Shown here: positions 35,503-44,768 of the stretch, piece by piece
Position numbering within the stretch: the first letter of the stretch is position 1
How the letters are laid out: every line of letters begins with the position of its first letter
Assembly: GCA_030694905.1 (NCBI GenBank)
Contig: JAUYTY010000211.1
Coordinates: forward strand, 3,652-67,651
Source: Eubacteriales bacterium
Lineage (GTDB): Bacteria; Bacillota; Clostridia; Tissierellales; Dethiosulfatibacteraceae
Reading direction: 5' to 3'
DNA length: 64,000 nucleotides
Program-made: the position numbers and the translations under genes
Notes under the pieces: generated by a model
The model's database searches: none
What the model was told of the DNA's origin: nothing
The model's input: the letters and a program-made list of their open reading frames with translations, nothing else

Positions 35503-37002
35503 TCAGACGATGATCATCTTGAGCTTGAAGGCGTTTTCGAAGTCGTTCTCCAATGTTCGCAGATAGGCGATCTCCAATGAAATGTCATCGTAATTGATGG
35601 TCTTGATGATGACATATTTGTCGACACACCTACACATGATATCCTTGACCTTCGAAGACAAGCCTCTGTCCAGTCCTTCTGCCAGCTTCATAAGAATGCT
35701 GAGCCTGTCTACTGTTTGGAGCTCTTCTTTTGTCAATAATTTGGTGTACATGTCTAGGCTGTTCTTCAGCTTGCTGTCGGTATGGTTGCCTGCCACTATG
35801 GCGGACATGAGCTGTTTTTTGTGGCTGATGCCGCTGAGAAGTGAATTGAGCATGATGTAGAATGTGTGCTCGTGATGATTCTTGTAGTCTAGCAGCTTAC
35901 CGACGTCATGTAGCATACTGGCTGTGTATATGATTTCATCCACGTCTTCTTTAATCAGGTGAATCTCCTGGAGCTCTGCAAAAAGCTTGCGAAATAGAAA
36001 CAATACCTGTGAGGCATGGCCATGGTCTATGTTATATACCTTTAACATATTTTCCACTGATAGTTCCAAGGGATTTGCCGTCACATTGCCTATGCCATAG
36101 CCCATCTTCTCGTAGAGAAGACCCTCTCTCAAACCATCCCTGCTGATGATGAGGCCGTCGCTGTCCAGATAATCCACCAGTTGTCTGACTGCACCACACG
36201 AACCCACAAATATGTCAGCTCTGTCCTTTCCCAGCCCGTTTATACCGCATCTTTCCTTAAAGCTGAAGGTCGACACGGCTTTGTATATATCATCCAGCTC
36301 CTGTGGCTTGACCACATAGTTGTGTATAGCGCTTAGAGGATAGTCGGCCTTTCGCTTTTGTATCTTTCCAATCTCCCTGATTGTTCCGCCAATTCCCACC
36401 AGTGGCAGTTTTTTAGCTTCCTTCAGCCAACCAAGACTTTTGTATTGATCAGTTAGAAACTTCTCAAGTTTTTTGATGTCTTTGTCATCCGGCTTGTCTT
36501 TAAGATTAAACTTTTCTGCCAAATCGACGGCCCCGAATGGCAAGCTGATGCTCTCAGTTAATTGTCTGCCAAATATTAGTCCCAGTTCAGTAGAACCTCC
36601 ACCTATATCCATAAACAGATAGTCATTTAGGCTGATGGAATTGATGGATCCCACGTAGCCGTATTCGGCCTCCATCTCTCCAGTAAGCAGCTCAACAGTT
36701 ATATCAATATCTCTTTTAGCATTCTGTATGAAGACGTCTCTGTTGTTGGCCTTTCTCAATGCGGCCGTACCCACAACCCTGATTTCCTCACAACCGCTCA
36801 GCCTGCAGTAGTTGACAAGCATTTTCAATGTCTTTAATCCATAAGCCATTTTTTCCTCATTCAGCATGCTGTCGCTGTCCAAACCTTCCGAAAGCCTCAC
36901 GCCTTCCTTGAAGCCGTCAACGATAAAGTAAGAGTCGTTCTTGATTTCAGCAATGATCAATCTGAATGTGTTTGACCCTATATCTATTATTCCATATTTC
37001 AT
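35503..37002 (-). CDS. ppx: Exopolyphosphatase (Ppx/GppA family) with an HD domain
   Basis: 499 aa. Canonical DIGSNTFRL, GTAALR, DIGGGSTE and LHDVGK motifs. The start overlaps the ppk stop (ATGA). Confidence 0.85.
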   Translation of the reverse strand: MKYGIIDIGSNTFRLIIAEIKNDSYFIVDGFKEGVRLSEGLDSDSMLNEEKMAYGLKTLKMLVNYCRLSGCEEIRVVGTAALRKANNRDVFIQNAKRDIDITVELLTGEMEAEYGYVGSINSISLNDYLFMDIGGGSTELGLIFGRQLTESISLPFGAVDLAEKFNLKDKPDDKDIKKLEKFLTDQYKSLGWLKEAKKLPLVGIGGTIREIGKIQKRKADYPLSAIHNYVVKPQELDDIYKAVSTFSFKERCGINGLGKDRADIFVGSCGAVRQLVDYLDSDGLIISRDGLREGLLYEKMGYGIGNVTANPLELSVENMLKVYNIDHGHASQVLFLFRKLFAELQEIHLIKEDVDEIIYTASMLHDVGKLLDYKNHHEHTFYIMLNSLLSGISHKKQLMSAIVAGNHTDSKLKNSLDMYTKLLTKEELQTVDRLSILMKLAEGLDRGLSSKVKDIMCRCVDKYVIIKTINYDDISLEIAYLRTLENDFENAFKLKMIIV

Positions 37003-39077
37003 AATCCTATCATATCCTTTTTGGCTTTTTTGATAGCTTCCGTTGCCTTATGATGCATCAGCATCTGCGCGTTGACAGGTTCCTTGCCTCTTCTGTCCAC
37101 GTCCTTATAGGTTCCATCTTCCAATTGTATCCTTGTTTTCTCAGTGTCTGCCAGCAAGATGTCCAGGAAATCGAGAAGTTTTCTTTTAATTTGTGGTTCC
37201 TCGACAGGAAATAGGATTTCTATTCTTCTGTCCAGGTTTCTCTCCATCCAATCCGCACTGGATAGAAACAGATCATCATCCCCACTGTTATAGAAATAGT
37301 AGATACGGCTGTGCTCCAGAAATGTTCCGACTATGCTTCTGACAGTAATGTTTTCGCTAAGGTCCATCACTTGTGACTTCAATCCGCACATGCCTCTGAT
37401 GATCAACTCGATTTTCACGCCTGCGCGGGATGCCTCATAGAGTTTGTCAATGATACCTTGATCTATCAAGGAGTTCAGCTTGGCGATGATATGTCCCTCA
37501 CCACCCGCTCTGACATTTCTGATTTCCCTGTCTATGTAGTATTCAAATCCGGCACGCAGATTGCCCGGTGCCACAAATATCTTCTTATAACGCAGCGCTT
37601 TTGTATAGCCGGTAATCATATTGAACATATTGGATACATCGATGCAAATATCCTCCCTGCAGGTGAACAGGCCTATGTCTTCATACAGTGTGGCTGTTGT
37701 GTCATTGTAGTTGCCTGTAGACAGATGCACGTAGCGGTGGATGCCGTCTTCTTCCCTTCTGACAATCAGGAGGGCTTTGCAATGAATCTTGAGTCCCGGC
37801 AATCCATAAACCACATGACATCCTGCCTGTTCAAGCTTTCTTGCCCACAGGATATTTTTTTCCTCTTCAAATCTGGCTTTCAGCTCCACCACCACGGTGA
37901 CCTGCTTGCCATTTTCAGCTGCCTTTATAAGCTTTGATATTATTGGGGAATTGTTGCTGACCCTGTATAGGGTCTGCTTGATTGCCAGAACCCTGGGGTC
38001 TTCAACTGCTTTTTCCACAAAATCCAACACTTTATAGAAGGATTCATAGGGATGATGCAACAATCTGTCTCTTTCTTTTATGGCTTCAAAAAGATCCTCC
38101 TGGCCGAAGAAATCTATGGAATCCTGGGGATTAGGCAACATATCCAACAGGTGTGCGAATTTTTTATTCTCTATAAATTCGAACCAGCAGGTAGGATCCA
38201 GCGGGCCATTGATTTCATATGTCTCCTCGTCCTTCACTTCCAGTTTTTTCTTGATGAATTTCCTTATTTTCTTATCGCCTTTGCTCTGTATCTCGAGCCT
38301 CACAGCAGCGCCCCATTTTCTTTTCTTGATGTTCTTTTCAATCTGAAGCAGCAGATCCTCGACATCGTCTCCATCAATTCCCAGGTCAGCGTCTCTTGTG
38401 ATCCTAAAAATCGATTTTTCCATGATTTCATAACCGGTAAAAAGCTTCTCCAGATTATTAAGAATCAACTCTTCCAGAAAGATGTATTCTGTTAAGCCTT
38501 CCTCGCTGTGAATCTCGACAAATCTTGGCAGCACAGTCGGAACTTTTACCACGGCGTAAAGCTCCTCCTCATCTGCCGATTTTAGCATGATGCCTATGTT
38601 GATGCCTTTTGTCTGAAGCAACGGAAATGGTCTGCCTGCGTCTATAGCGAGCGGGGTAAGGGCTGGAAAGCAAAATTCATCGAAGAAATCCCGTGCATAT
38701 GTGATTTGTCTTTCATTCAAGTCGCTGTATCTTTTAAATCGTATACCGGACTCCTCCAGCTTCGGCATCAATGATTTGTTCAAACAGCTATATATCTTTT
38801 TCATCATCAATTGGGTTTCCAGATAGATGGCGTTCAATTGCTCTTCAGGTGTTTTGCCGGAAATATCCTTCTTCCTGTATTTGGCTGCCATCTGCTGTTT
38901 TAGACCAGCCACCCTTACCATAAAGAACTCATCCAGATTGGAGGCTGCAATCGCCAGAAATTTTAGCCTGGTAAAGACTTTGCTGTCTTTGTCATAGGCC
39001 TCTTCCAGAACTCTATCATTGAACATGAGCCAGCTGAGCTCTCTGTTGATGTATTTTTGATCTTGATTGTGATCCAT
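36999..39077 (-). CDS. ppk: Polyphosphate kinase 1
   Basis: 692 aa. YINRELSWLMFNDRVLEEA N-terminus and two PLD-like HKD regions. Confidence 0.9.
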   Translation of the reverse strand: MDHNQDQKYINRELSWLMFNDRVLEEAYDKDSKVFTRLKFLAIAASNLDEFFMVRVAGLKQQMAAKYRKKDISGKTPEEQLNAIYLETQLMMKKIYSCLNKSLMPKLEESGIRFKRYSDLNERQITYARDFFDEFCFPALTPLAIDAGRPFPLLQTKGINIGIMLKSADEEELYAVVKVPTVLPRFVEIHSEEGLTEYIFLEELILNNLEKLFTGYEIMEKSIFRITRDADLGIDGDDVEDLLLQIEKNIKKRKWGAAVRLEIQSKGDKKIRKFIKKKLEVKDEETYEINGPLDPTCWFEFIENKKFAHLLDMLPNPQDSIDFFGQEDLFEAIKERDRLLHHPYESFYKVLDFVEKAVEDPRVLAIKQTLYRVSNNSPIISKLIKAAENGKQVTVVVELKARFEEEKNILWARKLEQAGCHVVYGLPGLKIHCKALLIVRREEDGIHRYVHLSTGNYNDTTATLYEDIGLFTCREDICIDVSNMFNMITGYTKALRYKKIFVAPGNLRAGFEYYIDREIRNVRAGGEGHIIAKLNSLIDQGIIDKLYEASRAGVKIELIIRGMCGLKSQVMDLSENITVRSIVGTFLEHSRIYYFYNSGDDDLFLSSADWMERNLDRRIEILFPVEEPQIKRKLLDFLDILLADTEKTRIQLEDGTYKDVDRRGKEPVNAQMLMHHKATEAIKKAKKDMIGL

Positions 39078-39080
39078 GGA

Positions 39081-40619
39081 TTAAATTCCCCTTTTTATCA
39101 CTAATTTCACTTCTATCCCAAATACTTCTTTGAAAAACTCACGATACTCGTTGAATTTGATCTGTTCGATATAGGTGTTGGTCTTGCTTTCAACCTCGAC
39201 TATCAGCAATCCTTTTTGTTGCTTGATACTGATGTTTTTGAACTTCTGGCTGTAGTTCTTATCCAGGGCATCTGCCATTCGCAGCACAGCCGATAGCTTT
39301 GAGACTGATATTTTCTCCACGGGGCTCAACTGCGCGTACTCCTCATCCTTTTCGCTCGGCAGCAAATAGGACTGATATTTGACAATGAGAGATATCATTT
39401 TTCTGTCCTCTTCGCTCAGGCCGATAATGTCTGTTTTTTTTATGATGTAGCTCGAATTCAAATAATGCTTATCTGGATTGATATACTTGCCGATATTGTG
39501 CAATATAACCGCAATTTTTAGGTAGATAATCTCTTTTTCCCTGAATCGGTTTGTTTTTGAAAGTTTTTTGAGTATGGCACTGGCCAACTCATCGACAAAC
39601 TCGATGTGTTTCCCATATGATTTGTACATCTGTGCCAGTTTCCTGGACGATTCAATGGCATAGCCATAAAACATGGTTCTTATTTCCTCGTATTGTTTTG
39701 GAAGCATCATCTCGTAAAACTCAATATCGAAGAAGAATATGTTTGGTACTACTATCGTTTCGGCTTCTGTCATTTCAAGGAGATTCTCTATAACTATGGT
39801 TGCAATGACCAGTTCATTGGCAAATTCCCGGTTTAGATTATATTTGATTGCGATGCTATCCGCATTCAACGCTACAATCTCATGGTAGAAATTTTCAAGC
39901 TTCGATTTTGATATGAAGCTGATTTCTCCCTTGTCCTCAGCCTCGCATAATATCTTGATGGTGTCAATGGTTCTACCTGTTACGATAAAATCCTTAATAT
40001 TGCTTTTTGGCAGAAAAGTCGGCAAGAAATTGAAATAGGTATTAAGCTGTTCTTTAACCATGATGTTCATTTTATCTGAATACTTGTCGGCATTTTTGGC
40101 TATCTCATAAAGCTTGATTGTACCAATGAGAATATTCTGCAAAAAATTGATGGACATGTCCTCATAAAATGCTATCCCCAAATTGCCACTTCCTATAAAG
40201 GTTATGATGGCATTGTTCTTCAGATAGTCCGCATCCTTTAACACCTTCAGATTGGACATAAAGATGATGTTCTTTAACTCGGAATCACTGATGACTTCAA
40301 GTACTATGCCTGTTTCCTGATAGAGTCTGTCCCTTATGTAGTATTTATTATCTGACTCCCTTATGGCCGTTGATGCAAAGAGAGCAATCCTCTCGGCACC
40401 GTACTCCAAAGAAAGCTGCTTGAAATTGGAAACAATCTCAACTATCCGGTCAACCTTTTCAGCTGATATCTTTCCTGTTTCAAAAGCCTCTTTGCCTATT
40501 GCTATGCTGTGACTCGCCCTTTCCACCATCTGCAGACTGTTTTTTTTGATCTGCTTGATGGTCACGGTGATTTCGGTAGACCCTATGTAAATGATTGATC
40601 CTATTTTCACACTGCTCAT
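39081..40619 (-). CDS. Ppx/GppA-like paralog with degenerate catalytic motifs
   Basis: 512 aa. It aligns by eye to Ppx/GppA, but has IYIGSTE in place of DIGSN, FIGSGNLG in place of DIGGGSTE, and LHNIGK in place of LHD.GK. Confidence 0.65.
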   Translation of the reverse strand: MSSVKIGSIIYIGSTEITVTIKQIKKNSLQMVERASHSIAIGKEAFETGKISAEKVDRIVEIVSNFKQLSLEYGAERIALFASTAIRESDNKYYIRDRLYQETGIVLEVISDSELKNIIFMSNLKVLKDADYLKNNAIITFIGSGNLGIAFYEDMSINFLQNILIGTIKLYEIAKNADKYSDKMNIMVKEQLNTYFNFLPTFLPKSNIKDFIVTGRTIDTIKILCEAEDKGEISFISKSKLENFYHEIVALNADSIAIKYNLNREFANELVIATIVIENLLEMTEAETIVVPNIFFFDIEFYEMMLPKQYEEIRTMFYGYAIESSRKLAQMYKSYGKHIEFVDELASAILKKLSKTNRFREKEIIYLKIAVILHNIGKYINPDKHYLNSSYIIKKTDIIGLSEEDRKMISLIVKYQSYLLPSEKDEEYAQLSPVEKISVSKLSAVLRMADALDKNYSQKFKNISIKQQKGLLIVEVESKTNTYIEQIKFNEYREFFKEVFGIEVKLVIKRGI

Positions 40620-40770
40620 CCTGCACCTCCTATCTCATTGATCATATTGTATAATGAATTGCATCTAAATTGGGTGTTTCTAGGTTAAATCTGTGTAAAA
40701 TCATTATATATCACATGGTAAAAAAAATAAACCCAAGTTCTGGGTTTGATATGACGGATCTATTATTCCA

Positions 40771-41739
40771 TTAATTGGTGCTTGCCTTTTCAAACGGAAT
40801 GTTGTATATCTCGTATATGATTTTTTGGATCTCCGTGCCGTTCATCATATAGAATGACACACCCTGCATATACTCGGCGTCACCAGGCAATGTGTAAAAA
40901 CTGATATCCTCTGTTTTGATTCCAATCGTCGAGGTTGCATAGGTTAGAGCCTCTGACAGTTTCACATCCGTATCCATGGCATCGAATACCTCTTTTACCA
41001 CCAGTGGAAATCTGATACCAAAGGCCTGCTTGGCCGCCTGTGCCAGAAACTTCTGCTGTTCCTCAATTCTCTGAATGTCGCCATAGGATATGGTCCCGTC
41101 ATTATTTTTTCTGAATCTCAAAAAGTCAACTGCATTCTCACCATCTAGCACCTGAAGACCTGCTTTCAGATCGATATGCAATGGCGGGCTGTCGTATATG
41201 TCATCGTACTTCATGTCAAATGGTACATCAAACTCCACACCACCCATTGCGTCCACGATTTTCGCGGCACCGGTCATGGTCACAGTGACATAATGATGTA
41301 TAGGAATATTTACGATATCTTCAACGGCTCTTATCAACCCTTCTATCCCGTCGCCGCTGAAGACCGCATTGATTTTATAATTTGCCACATATGTATAACC
41401 GCTTCTGAAACCTTCTTTATAGTAATAGGTGTCCCTTGGTATCGAAATCATATCCAGCTTTTTGCTCTTGATATTATAGCTGGCCAGTATGATCGTATCT
41501 GTCCTGACTTCTTCCAATCCAACTATCAGGACATTGATGCGATTGCCCCCTGATATGTATGCCTCGTATGTTTCCAGATTAATCAGTTCATTTTCATAGT
41601 CAGAGAGCCAATTCTCATCATATGAGGGAACCCGATTGTTGTATCCTAAAATGTTCTGATATATGCTATACACTTGAACACCGGCGATAACCATGAATAC
41701 GGCCATCGCGATGGAAAAGATCTTTAAGAATTGTTTCAT
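40771..41739 (-). CDS. LytR-CpsA-Psr (LCP) family cell-envelope phosphotransferase
   Basis: 322 aa. N-terminal TM anchor, then an LCP core (RTDTIILASYN...ISIPRDTY). Confidence 0.75.
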   Translation of the reverse strand: MKQFLKIFSIAMAVFMVIAGVQVYSIYQNILGYNNRVPSYDENWLSDYENELINLETYEAYISGGNRINVLIVGLEEVRTDTIILASYNIKSKKLDMISIPRDTYYYKEGFRSGYTYVANYKINAVFSGDGIEGLIRAVEDIVNIPIHHYVTVTMTGAAKIVDAMGGVEFDVPFDMKYDDIYDSPPLHIDLKAGLQVLDGENAVDFLRFRKNNDGTISYGDIQRIEEQQKFLAQAAKQAFGIRFPLVVKEVFDAMDTDVKLSEALTYATSTIGIKTEDISFYTLPGDAEYMQGVSFYMMNGTEIQKIIYEIYNIPFEKASTN

Positions 41740-41817
41740 ATTACCTCCACCTTTAACATGTCAATGATAGTATATATCTTAACAAATTACAATTAATATT
41801 TTCTTAACTTTAGAACA

Positions 41818-42213
41818 TTATCCTTTTCTCTGGTTTTCCTTGGTGACAACACAGGTGCCGCTTGCCTTGCAGACAATGATAGGCTCTTCCAATATGTCAC
41901 AGGCAGATTCGCTGATGTCGGTTCTTGGTACAATGACCTTTCTGGCCACAAACGCCATTTTCCTTGAGGTATTTCCTATTTTCGTGATCCATCCCTCAGC
42001 CTCAATGTACTCTCCTGCATAGACCGGCGCTGTGAATTCAACATTGTCATAGGCAACAAACAATCCCTCATCTCCGTCATTGATAATCAATAGCTCCGTG
42101 GCAATGTCGCCGAACAGGTTCAACATCCTGGCGCCATCCACCAAATGCCCTCCGTAATGGGCATCATGCGCGCTCATTCGCACTCTTATAAACGATTTGA
42201 TTTGCTTTTCCAT
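41818..42213 (-). CDS. Hotdog-fold protein resembling beta-alanyl-CoA / 3-aminobutyryl-CoA ammonia-lyases
   Basis: 131 aa. [17 protein letters not shown]...[19 protein letters not shown] matches my recollection of the Acl/Kal-type family. Not searchable here. Confidence 0.5.
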   Translation of the reverse strand: MEKQIKSFIRVRMSAHDAHYGGHLVDGARMLNLFGDIATELLIINDGDEGLFVAYDNVEFTAPVYAGEYIEAEGWITKIGNTSRKMAFVARKVIVPRTDISESACDILEEPIIVCKASGTCVVTKENQRKG

Positions 42214-42455
42214 TTCTTTTCTCCTATATAGTTTTTTAATACTTCATATTCAATACTGAATCCATCTGATATTATATCAAATCTAAGTGGTTTATTAAAC
42301 CCTATTTAATTTTGCTATTTAATTTTGCTAGGATTTTGATCAATATTAAAAATTGATTAAATAATGATTATAAATTTCGTTCTCGGATGATTTATTATAC
42401 TGTCTGTAGTATAATGGGATTGATTTAAATGTTAATAGAAATTCTGGAGGATTTT

Positions 42456-43844
42456 ATGAAAAAAATAATAATAATGATGCTCTGCATACCGCTTATGTTT
42501 TCAATGGGATGTAGAAATCAAAACCCATCCACAACAGCAACCTCATCAGGAGAGACTGATCCGACAGAGGAGCTTGTCGTGGATGAGGCTTATCTAGCTC
42601 GCACAGGCTCCGCCTATCTGAAGAGTCTATTCAGTGGAGAATACGAGAAGGCTTATACTGTCTATCTGCATGATGAGGCTATGACCAAAGCCATCAACCC
42701 AGATTCCTACAAGGCTTTTTTCGATGACATGTATTCCAAAAACGGCGCTTTTAAGAAATTCGTCGGAGCTGAAACCCGGTTCCAGGGTGACTATGGCTTC
42801 TACACAACCGGTGTGATTCTAGAAACCACATCAATGAACGCCAATGTCGTATTTGATAAAAAAGGATTGATAGCCGGTTTCAATTTTACGCCCTTTACAT
42901 TCGACGATGAAATTGATTCAGAAAAACCAAGCGGTTTAGTGGAAATCGACGTCGAATTCGGTTTGAAAGACTGGCCGTTGAGGGGCAAAATAACCATACC
43001 ATCAAACGATGGCGAGAATCCACTTCCAGGCAAGCATCCGGTTCTGATTCTGGTCCATGGTTCAGGTCCTAATGATATGAATGAAACGGTCGGCGTGAAT
43101 CAACCCTTCAAGGATATCGCCTACTATATGGCCCAAAGAGGCATCAGTGTCCTCAGATATGACAAGAGAACCTTCACTTATGGCACACAGATGGCCGGGC
43201 TGAAAGATCTGACTGTATATGATGAAACCATCGATGATGCCTCTGAAGCGGTTGCCTATGTCTCAACTCTGGATTACATCGATAATGATAGGATATTCGT
43301 ACTAGGGCACAGCTTAGGTGGCTATCTGATACCAAGAATCGCGGAAATGACACCTGAAGCCAGGGGTTATATCATAGCTGCCGGTATTTTTTCAGGTCTG
43401 GGCGAAATCATTCCTTATCAGTTGGAGTATCTTGCAATGATAGATGGAGAAATATCTGAAGAGGAGCAGACCTACATAGACGACATGAAAATCCAGGCTG
43501 AGAAATCACTGAATCCAGGTTCTATAGGCGCTGATGAGGCCGTTATGGGTGCCTACAAAGCCTATTGGGAAGATCTAGCAAACTATGATCCGGCAGCAAT
43601 GGCCAGACAAATTGAAAAGCCTGTCTATGTTTTTCAGGGAGACAGGGACTATCAGGTACCGGTGAGTGAATTTGATATCATACATGAAGCGGTGAAGGAC
43701 AAGGAAAACTTCACGCTGCAAATATGGAGCGGCATGAATCATCTGATGATGCTCGGAGAGGGAAAACCGACACCGGAGGAATATTTCGTCAAGAATGAGG
43801 TGTATCCGTCTTTGCTGGACTATATTATAAACTTTATCCAATGA
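42456..43844 (+). CDS. Alpha/beta hydrolase lipoprotein
   Basis: Start at MKKIIIMMLCIPLMFSMGC (lipobox) after GGAGG. Nucleophile elbow GHSLGG. Confidence 0.75.
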   Translation: MKKIIIMMLCIPLMFSMGCRNQNPSTTATSSGETDPTEELVVDEAYLARTGSAYLKSLFSGEYEKAYTVYLHDEAMTKAINPDSYKAFFDDMYSKNGAFKKFVGAETRFQGDYGFYTTGVILETTSMNANVVFDKKGLIAGFNFTPFTFDDEIDSEKPSGLVEIDVEFGLKDWPLRGKITIPSNDGENPLPGKHPVLILVHGSGPNDMNETVGVNQPFKDIAYYMAQRGISVLRYDKRTFTYGTQMAGLKDLTVYDETIDDASEAVAYVSTLDYIDNDRIFVLGHSLGGYLIPRIAEMTPEARGYIIAAGIFSGLGEIIPYQLEYLAMIDGEISEEEQTYIDDMKIQAEKSLNPGSIGADEAVMGAYKAYWEDLANYDPAAMARQIEKPVYVFQGDRDYQVPVSEFDIIHEAVKDKENFTLQIWSGMNHLMMLGEGKPTPEEYFVKNEVYPSLLDYIINFIQ

Positions 43845-43868
43845 TTAACAGTGCTAAGACTCCCACTT
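43835..43868 (-). repeat. Dispersed repeat copy B
   Basis: Identical 22-mer, plus the flanking TCATYGGATAAA similarity. It overlaps the stop codon of the hydrolase gene. Confidence 0.8.
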
Positions 43869-44045
43869 ATAGAAGTTGAAGATAGGCACTGTAGAGTCCC
43901 TGGATAACGGTTTCTAAGGTTCTAATGGCGTTCCAAATGCCAACTGAATCCAAGAATCCTGTTGATGCTGCAAAATTAAGAAATCATAGGATCAGATAAA
44001 TGATAGTTTAAAATAAATACACTTAACCAATATTTGGAGGAAAAA

Positions 44046-44768
44046 ATGTTAAAAATTGAAAACCTGTCAAAATCATATTCAAAAGGAACCACAAAGGCTG
44101 TCGATAATATTTCATTTGAGGTGAAGCCTGGCGAGATATATGGTTTTTTGGGGCCAAACGGCGCAGGAAAAACCACTACTATAAAAATGATCGTTGGTCT
44201 GTTGAAGCAGGACAGCGGCGTGATTCTTGTGGATGGAATCGATATAGGCAAGGATAGCCTGAAAGCCAAGCTTAAGATGGGCTATGTTCCTGACAACCCC
44301 CAGATATACGACAAGCTGAGGGGTCTTGAGTATCTTAATTTTATGGCGGATGTCTATAGAGTATCCAAAGAGGACCGCACGCAAAGAATCGAAAAGTATC
44401 TGAAGCTTTTCAGTTTGGAAGACGCAGCCAACGACCTGATCAACTCCTATTCCCATGGTATGAAGCAGAAGATTGTACTGACCGGTGCTTTGATCAATGA
44501 TCCCGACTTGTTTGTATTGGACGAGCCTATGGTAGGGCTTGATCCGAAATCCGCCTTCAATATAAAGGAAGTCATGCGTGAAATGTGCGATCGTGGGAAA
44601 TCGGTGTTTTTCTCAACTCATGTCTTGGAAGTGGCAGAAAAGATATGCGACCGCATCAGTATCATCAACAATGGACAGATAATCGCCCAGGGTACAATGA
44701 CTGAGCTTAGGGCTAAAGCAGGCAGAGAGGAGTCCCTCGAGAAAATATTCCTGGAGGTGACACAATAA
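44046..44768 (+). CDS. ABC transporter ATP-binding protein (ABC-2 type)
   Basis: Start at MLKIENL after GGAGG. Walker A GPNGAGKTT, signature SHGMKQK, Walker B LFVLDEP. Confidence 0.85.
   Translation: MLKIENLSKSYSKGTTKAVDNISFEVKPGEIYGFLGPNGAGKTTTIKMIVGLLKQDSGVILVDGIDIGKDSLKAKLKMGYVPDNPQIYDKLRGLEYLNFMADVYRVSKEDRTQRIEKYLKLFSLEDAANDLINSYSHGMKQKIVLTGALINDPDLFVLDEPMVGLDPKSAFNIKEVMREMCDRGKSVFFSTHVLEVAEKICDRISIINNGQIIAQGTMTELRAKAGREESLEKIFLEVTQ

Noticed and set aside
42302-42330. A tandem 13-nt repeat (CTATTTAATTTTG, 2.2 copies) in the intergenic region upstream of the hydrolase gene, considered as a possible CRISPR-like or iteron array.
   Set aside because: There are only two adjacent copies with no spacers, in an AT-rich promoter region. 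That is too little to call anything beyond a local duplication or a possible operator.
879-43868. The identical 22-nt direct repeats at 879..900 and 43847..43868 could be attL/attR sites bounding a 43-kb integrated element.
   Set aside because: The interval carries core metabolism (trpB, aroF/tyrA, hom, ppk, an Opp system). It has no integrase, recombinase, phage or conjugation genes. A third, inverted copy lies outside the interval at 58116..58151. A dispersed small repeat is the better explanation.
43869-44045. A 180-nt ORF-free region upstream of the ABC ATPase gene, checked for a riboswitch or sRNA. The track's minus-strand ORF at 43976..44269 overlaps it.
   Set aside because: I could not recognise any conserved riboswitch core or convincing terminator. 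The minus-strand ORF overlaps the ABC ATPase start and has no RBS. I leave the region unassigned.
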